A DNA stretch of 55,331 nt from Flexibacter sp. CG_4_10_14_3_um_filter_32_15 (GTDB taxonomy: Bacteria > Bacteroidota > Bacteroidia > Cytophagales > Bernardetiaceae), in NCBI GenBank assembly GCA_002784125.1, contig PFKD01000192.1:1-55331 (forward strand). The letters are read 5' to 3'. Below are positions 49,968-55,331 of this stretch, one piece after another (the stretch's first letter is position 1; every line of letters begins with the position of its first letter). The position numbers and the translations under genes are program-made. The notes under the pieces are model-generated. The model did not search any database and was not told where the DNA came from. It saw nothing but the letters and a program-made list of their open reading frames with translations.

Positions 49968-51335
49968 ATGATAAACTATATATTCTATAAATCGGAAGAG
50001 CTATTCTACCAGCTATTTTCTAACAATAATCGTTATCGCAAAACTGCTGAGGCAATGGATGCAGAAAACTATTATGAGTTACAAGCTGTTTTAGAATCGC
50101 ATTTGCGTAGAGGATATGGGTATGCCGAATTCCAAAATTGGAATGATGCTATCAGAGAATTTGAAAAAGTATTAGCTATTCATCCTAATCATACAGAAGC
50201 TCTTTTTGGCTTGGCAGTTTCGTTTTATAATCGTTGGTTAGATTACGGAAAAGCAACAGACAAATATCGTGCAGCAGGTTTGGCTCGTCGTTGTGTGGAT
50301 AACGAACCTCAACATTATAAAGCGATGCAACTTTTGAGTCAGATTTATAAAGGTGCCGCTTTGGAAGACGCAATGCAAAAACGCTCTTGGCATACCAATA
50401 TTATGATGGGACTTGTCGGTGTTATGTTTCTCTCTAGTGGTTATTTGGGTTATAGTTATTTAGAGCAAGGTTCTAATCAAGTTACATTTGCTGACGAACT
50501 ATTAACTCTTAGAAGTAATAATAATACAGCTAGTTTGGCTTTTGATAATGAAAGTTCGCCCATGCAAGCAGAAGGTTCTCTAAAATCAATTACTATTTTG
50601 GAAGATGAAGGACTTCATTTGCCAGTAGAATGGATAATTAATCCAAAGTTTGAAGGGCTAAAATTAGAAGTAGAACAATCTAAATTCAAGAATTTTAATG
50701 GTTCGTATTCTTATAATTTATTAGCTGATTTGTATGTTTCTACTGGTGCAATTTCTAGTCTAAAACTCAAAATTGAACTTTTGGATAGAGATGGAAATGC
50801 CATAGCGCAAGATGTAGTACAAGCCATAGAAAGTTTTGACCCAATAGCTAGAAAAGGAGAATCAATTCCATTTCGTTATTTGGAATACAAAGAAGAATTT
50901 GTAGAAAATGCAGCTTTAGTAAGAGTGCGAGTAGAAAAGGTAGAATATGGGGAAAATACAGAAATTAATACTGTTCCTGTCAGTTTAGACTGGAATGATA
51001 TGAGTGATTTTAATCCAAATGTTTTGCTTTCTGAACGAGTAAGTAACTTACAAGAAGTAGAAGAAAATGGCAAAATAGGAGCTTTTCATCACTTTGAATG
51101 GGAAATCCAAAATGCAACAGACAAAGGACAAGTAAAACTCTTGCAAGCAGAAATAAAGTGGATAGGACATCAAGGACAAATTTTGGACAGCAGAATAACG
51201 TATTTTATAAACTCTTCTGAACCATCTTTGAAAGCAAACCAAATCCGTAGCATCGGAAGAGCCTACCGTTTGGAAGGAGTAAAGAAAGAAGACATTGCTC
51301 GTTATTCAGTAACGATAAAAGAAATTGAAGACTGA
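49968..51335 (+). CDS. TPR-containing bitopic membrane protein
   Basis: N-terminal TPR, single TM, two similar beta-rich C-terminal domains. Confidence 0.7.
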   Translation: MINYIFYKSEELFYQLFSNNNRYRKTAEAMDAENYYELQAVLESHLRRGYGYAEFQNWNDAIREFEKVLAIHPNHTEALFGLAVSFYNRWLDYGKATDKYRAAGLARRCVDNEPQHYKAMQLLSQIYKGAALEDAMQKRSWHTNIMMGLVGVMFLSSGYLGYSYLEQGSNQVTFADELLTLRSNNNTASLAFDNESSPMQAEGSLKSITILEDEGLHLPVEWIINPKFEGLKLEVEQSKFKNFNGSYSYNLLADLYVSTGAISSLKLKIELLDRDGNAIAQDVVQAIESFDPIARKGESIPFRYLEYKEEFVENAALVRVRVEKVEYGENTEINTVPVSLDWNDMSDFNPNVLLSERVSNLQEVEENGKIGAFHHFEWEIQNATDKGQVKLLQAEIKWIGHQGQILDSRITYFINSSEPSLKANQIRSIGRAYRLEGVKKEDIARYSVTIKEIED

Positions 51336-51390
51336 ACTGTCGTTTGTGAGGAAACAAACAACGACTAAGATTAAGGATAGGATAGGATTG

Positions 51391-51424
51391 AAAATGGCGT
51401 AGGAATTTTTCCTACGCTATTTTT
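51391..51424 (+). terminator. Intrinsic terminator
   Basis: GGCGTAGGAA/TTCCTACGCT stem followed by ATTTTT. Confidence 0.7.
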
Positions 51425-51631
51425 GTTTTTTGATATTAATCTATTAAAAACAGAATTATTGAAACTTCATAATAAGTTTATGTATGTCTTGATAAGAAAC
51501 TGGCTGAGAATTTTTATTTTTGCAAAACGTAAAAGAATAGAGTCATTTTTGTTTAATTTTGTACTCAATTAAGATACAAAAATTTTATACACTATTTTTA
51601 CTTCTATCAATCAAAAAAATACCCCATTCTC

Positions 51632-52330
51632 ATGCAGAATAATAACCGTGTACTTGTCGTAGATGATGAACCCGATATTTTGGATTTGCTCAAATACAAT
51701 TTGGAACGTGAAGGATATGAAGTAGAGGTTGCTTCCAATGGCGAAGAAGCGATAAAGAAAGCTGAATTTTTTAAACCTGAGTTAATTTTATTGGACATCA
51801 TGATGCCAAAAATGGACGGTGTAGAAACCTGTCGTCAGCTTCGTGAAATGCCTGATATGATAGATTCGTATATCATTTTCTTGACAGCCCGTGCCGAAGA
51901 ATATTCAGAAGTAGCAGCTTTTGATGTTGGTGCAGATGATTATTTGAATAAGCCAATAAAACCTCGTGCGCTGATGAGCCGTATTAATGCACTTTTTCGT
52001 AGAGAGTTTAAAAAACAGCAAACACAATCACATGAAGTGATTGAAATTTCGGATTTGTGTATTGATAAAACAAGTTATACCTTACAGAAAGATGGCGAAC
52101 TGATTGCGCTTCCTAAAAAAGAATTCGAATTGATTTATTTTTTGGCTCAAAGTCCGAATAAAGTGTATAATCGTGAAGATTTATTAAAAAATATTTGGGG
52201 ACAAGATGTATATGTTTTGGCTCGTACCGTTGATGTTCATATACGTAGAATCAGAGAAAAAATTGGAGATAATTATATCAAAACTGTAAAAGGAGTTGGA
52301 TATAAATTTATGTCACCTGACGAAATTTAG
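51632..52330 (+). CDS. OmpR-family response regulator (PhoB/PhoP-like)
   Basis: VVDDE, LLDIMMP, KP, RTVDVHIRRIREK, TVKGVGY. Confidence 0.93.
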   Translation: MQNNNRVLVVDDEPDILDLLKYNLEREGYEVEVASNGEEAIKKAEFFKPELILLDIMMPKMDGVETCRQLREMPDMIDSYIIFLTARAEEYSEVAAFDVGADDYLNKPIKPRALMSRINALFRREFKKQQTQSHEVIEISDLCIDKTSYTLQKDGELIALPKKEFELIYFLAQSPNKVYNREDLLKNIWGQDVYVLARTVDVHIRRIREKIGDNYIKTVKGVGYKFMSPDEI

Positions 52331-52356
52331 AAAGAAATTAATGTAGTTGGCAATAG

Positions 52357-53505
52357 ATGATAATAAAAAGCAAAACTTCTCTAGAAGAAAAAACAGGAGA
52401 AAAAAAAGATAAAAATATTTTTGATAGGCTTACGAATGCTATCAAACGTTCTTTGGTAAGCTCAAGAGCTGTAGCTATTATACTTTCTCTTTTGATAAGC
52501 AGTGTAACAAGTGCTTTTCTGTCTTTGATTCCTAGTGTTTCATCGGTAGCTTTATCGATTTGCTTTTTGGTTTCTTTTTCTTCTTCTTTTATGTTGATTT
52601 ATATTGCTTTTGAGTTTCTTATTTTTAAAGAAATAAATAATGTTTATAGCAAATTATCTAAAATAAAGAAAAAAGATTTCAAATTTGTTCCTCCTTCTTC
52701 AGACCTTCTTCCTTCTGCAAATCCTATCCGAAGAGTAAATCAAGAAATTACGGCGTATGCAGGACAAAAACAAAAGGAAATAGATGAGCTTCGACGAATG
52801 GAAGCCTTTCGAAGAGAATTTATTGCAGATGTTTCTCACGAACTCAAAACACCTATTTTTTCGGCGCAAGGTTTTATTCTTACTCTTATTGATGGTGCAG
52901 TAGATGATGAAAATGTACGTGATGCTTTTTTGGGTAAGGCTGCACGAAGTTTGAAGGCTTTGGCTGCTCTTGTTGAGGATTTACTGACACTTTCTCAAAT
53001 AGAATCGGGCGATATTATGATGCGTTTGGAAGAGTATGAAATGCAAGATCAAGTTTTGGAAGTTTTCGAACAGCTCGAAGAAAAAGCTGAAAAACGTGGA
53101 GTTACGCTAAAATTGGTTAGTCAATATGAAGAAGGTGTTTATGTTTATGCTGATTATAATCGCATCCGACAGGTTTTGATAAACTTAATTATCAATGCCA
53201 TAAAATATGGAAAAGAAAACGGAACAGTAACTGTTACCCTCACACAAACAACCAAAAACCTCAAAATATCTATCAAAGATGACGGAAATGGAATCGAACC
53301 AAAACATCTAGTGCGTATTTTTGAGCGTTTTTATAGAATAGAAAAAAGTCGTTCGAAACAAGAAGGAGGAACAGGTTTAGGGCTTGCCATTGTAAAACAT
53401 ATCATTGAAAAACATAATTCTAAAATTAGTGTTAAAAGTAAAGTAGGAGAAGGAACGCAGTTTACCTTCAAATTGCAACGTACAGAAGTAATAGAAGAAG
53501 AATAG
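52357..53505 (+). CDS. Sensor histidine kinase (PhoR-like)
   Basis: DVSHELKTP, NLIINAIKY, DDGNGI, FERFYR, GGTGLGL. Confidence 0.92.
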   Translation: MIIKSKTSLEEKTGEKKDKNIFDRLTNAIKRSLVSSRAVAIILSLLISSVTSAFLSLIPSVSSVALSICFLVSFSSSFMLIYIAFEFLIFKEINNVYSKLSKIKKKDFKFVPPSSDLLPSANPIRRVNQEITAYAGQKQKEIDELRRMEAFRREFIADVSHELKTPIFSAQGFILTLIDGAVDDENVRDAFLGKAARSLKALAALVEDLLTLSQIESGDIMMRLEEYEMQDQVLEVFEQLEEKAEKRGVTLKLVSQYEEGVYVYADYNRIRQVLINLIINAIKYGKENGTVTVTLTQTTKNLKISIKDDGNGIEPKHLVRIFERFYRIEKSRSKQEGGTGLGLAIVKHIIEKHNSKISVKSKVGEGTQFTFKLQRTEVIEEE

Positions 53506-53572
53506 AAAATGAGGATTCAAGTACAAAAATATCTCTTACTGGCAAATCTGAAGATTTAATACACTAAAAAAA

Positions 53573-54388
53573 ATGTCCATTTATACTGACCAACTAAACA
53601 GAAAAATAGAATTAAAAGAATTTCCAAAACGAATTATTTCGCTTGTTCCTTCTCAAACAGAACTTCTTTTTGATTTGGGGGTAGGTGATAATGTTGTTGG
53701 AATTACAAAATACTGTATTCATCCGAAAGAAAAAATCAAGAAAATAACTAAAGTAGGAGGAACAAAAAACTTTGATATTGATAAAATAATTGAATTGAAT
53801 CCTGATTTGATTATTGCTAATAAAGAAGAAAATTATAAAGAAGGAATTGAAGAATTAGAACAAAAATTTCCTGTTTGGATAAGTGATATAATTGATTTGA
53901 ACTCGTCTTTCGAAATGATTGATGAAATAGGAAAACTTGTAGGAAAGCAAAAAGAAGCCGAAAATTTAGTTTATAAATTGAATCAAGATTTTAACGAATT
54001 AGCAAAAAAAGGGGCATTATCTGAAAGATATAAAGTCCTTTATTTTATTTGGAAAAATCCTTTTATGATAGCAGGAAAAAATACTTTTATCAATGATATT
54101 TTAGAAAGAACAAGTTTAGAAAATAAAAGTAAAAATCGTTATCCTATTCTTGATGAAGAAAAAATAAAAGAATGGAATCCACAAATCATTTTACTTTCTT
54201 CCGAACCGTATCCTTTTAAAGAAAAAGATATTCAAGATTTTGCTCAATTAGTACCAAATGCCTATATTAGAGTAGTCGATGGCGAACTTTTTTCATGGTA
54301 TGGAAGTAGATTGAAATATACTATTTCGTATCTAAAAAAGCTACAAAAAGATATTGAATTGTATTTTAACAAGTTAAAGTTAAATTAA
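53573..54388 (+). CDS. Helical-backbone metal receptor (BtuF-like substrate-binding protein)
   Basis: RIISLVPSQTE, VGGTK, NKEEN, SSEPYPF, DGELFSWYG. Confidence 0.85.
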   Translation: MSIYTDQLNRKIELKEFPKRIISLVPSQTELLFDLGVGDNVVGITKYCIHPKEKIKKITKVGGTKNFDIDKIIELNPDLIIANKEENYKEGIEELEQKFPVWISDIIDLNSSFEMIDEIGKLVGKQKEAENLVYKLNQDFNELAKKGALSERYKVLYFIWKNPFMIAGKNTFINDILERTSLENKSKNRYPILDEEKIKEWNPQIILLSSEPYPFKEKDIQDFAQLVPNAYIRVVDGELFSWYGSRLKYTISYLKKLQKDIELYFNKLKLN

Positions 54389-54574
54389 ATCATTTGTTTT
54401 TCTGATTTTTTTGCTCAAAATATAATACTTGGCGTGGTTTGTGTTTTTTATACAGTACATTGTTGTAAGACAATTCAACAAAATAAAAAGATTTCAATCA
54501 CTTGCTTATTTTATATACTTACAAATACATCGATCAAAATATTTACTATTCTTACCCCAAATCTTACTTATAAA

Positions 54575-55174
54575 ATGATGAACACGACAAAAAAAATTCA
54601 GACAATTATCTTGGCTTCTATTTTTGTTTTCTTTGTTGGAAGTAGTTATGCTACCACTTCTTTTCATGAATACTACAGCACTATTTTTACAAACTTGAAT
54701 AAAAGCAAAATCAATAAAGTAAAAGATAACCCTCGTGGTTATTTGGTTCGTAAAGGCGTAAAATATAAGTGGGAATTAGAACAATCAGCGAGAGCGGGTC
54801 AATATACTTATTTTGTTCATAGAGAAAAAGGAGGCAAATCAAACCTAGTTTATAATACGACAATGGTTGCGATAGACAAACGCAGCTCGACAGGAGAGTA
54901 TATTATTAAAATATTTTATTCTGTAAATAAAGGTTATAAATGGGATATGGACAGAAATACAATGCTGAGAATAACTTATAAAAAAGATGGTTCGGTAGAT
55001 TATCAAGCGACAGGACAAATGGCTAAGTTTGAAGACAATAGTCATGGACTTTCAGCAGCAGAGTTTAAACAAAAAACAGCTTTAAATCCAAACTTTACAG
55101 ATACTTTTGTACGCCACGCTGCAGCTTCTATTTCTTATGCAATTTATAAGTATCCAAAAATGATGAAAATATAA
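54575..55174 (+). CDS. Hypothetical secreted protein
   Basis: Signal peptide (SSYA|T); followed by a strong terminator. Confidence 0.65.
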   Translation: MMNTTKKIQTIILASIFVFFVGSSYATTSFHEYYSTIFTNLNKSKINKVKDNPRGYLVRKGVKYKWELEQSARAGQYTYFVHREKGGKSNLVYNTTMVAIDKRSSTGEYIIKIFYSVNKGYKWDMDRNTMLRITYKKDGSVDYQATGQMAKFEDNSHGLSAAEFKQKTALNPNFTDTFVRHAAASISYAIYKYPKMMKI

Positions 55175-55198
55175 GATAATACGCTTCGCTTACTTACC

Positions 55199-55236
55199 AA
55201 AAAAGGGCTTCTTCAAATGAAGAAGCCCTTTTTTTT
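55199..55236 (+). terminator. Intrinsic terminator
   Basis: AAAAAAGGGCTTCTTCA-aa-TGAAGAAGCCCTTTTTTTT. Confidence 0.85.
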
Positions 55237-55254
55237 ATAACTATTATTTTTATT

Positions 55255-55331
55255 TAGGGTAAACGCACGAAACTTTTTATACTGCTTTCAGTATGTTTAA
55301 ACACACTTTAACTATCAGAGTAAATTCAATT
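55255..55331. mobile_element. Second copy of the TAGGGTAAACGCACGAAA MITE, cut by the window end
   Basis: Near-identical to 35697-35773 with a few substitutions. Confidence 0.85.

Noticed and set aside
349-55045. Numerous 60-130 aa ORFs overlapping or antisense to long genes
   Set aside because: Shadow ORFs of well-supported CDS with no recognisable motifs

Overview
AT-rich bacterial chromosomal window. Gene content (GLPGLI protein, DUF5683-dapB-lepB, BT_3928/DUF1599 pair, three SpoIIE phosphatases) points to Bacteroidota, probably Cytophagales; this is inference. About 40 CDS, mostly housekeeping or envelope genes. They include an 11-gene amino-sugar tailoring/transfer cluster (2.5-11.9 kb) with a frameshifted HTTM-like membrane gene, a Fic gene, a GLPGLI/small secreted protein/OM barrel trio, and an FAD oxidoreductase + PaxB-like membrane protein + PP2C operon. 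Intergenic DNA is rich in GTA-footed REP-like palindromes, MITE-like elements (one with a 9-bp target-site duplication, inside a nested palindrome) and heptamer arrays. The most striking feature is an unannotated non-coding cassette at ~44,745-45,210, directly behind a divergent ECF sigma-like gene. It holds a ~110-nt rod-like hairpin, a circularly permuted tRNA mimic with YrlA (bacterial Y RNA) topology, a tRNA-like gene with an 8-nt anticodon loop, and a terminator. No Ro60/TROVE or RtcB gene is present in the window. All calls were made by eye; no searches or folding programs were run.
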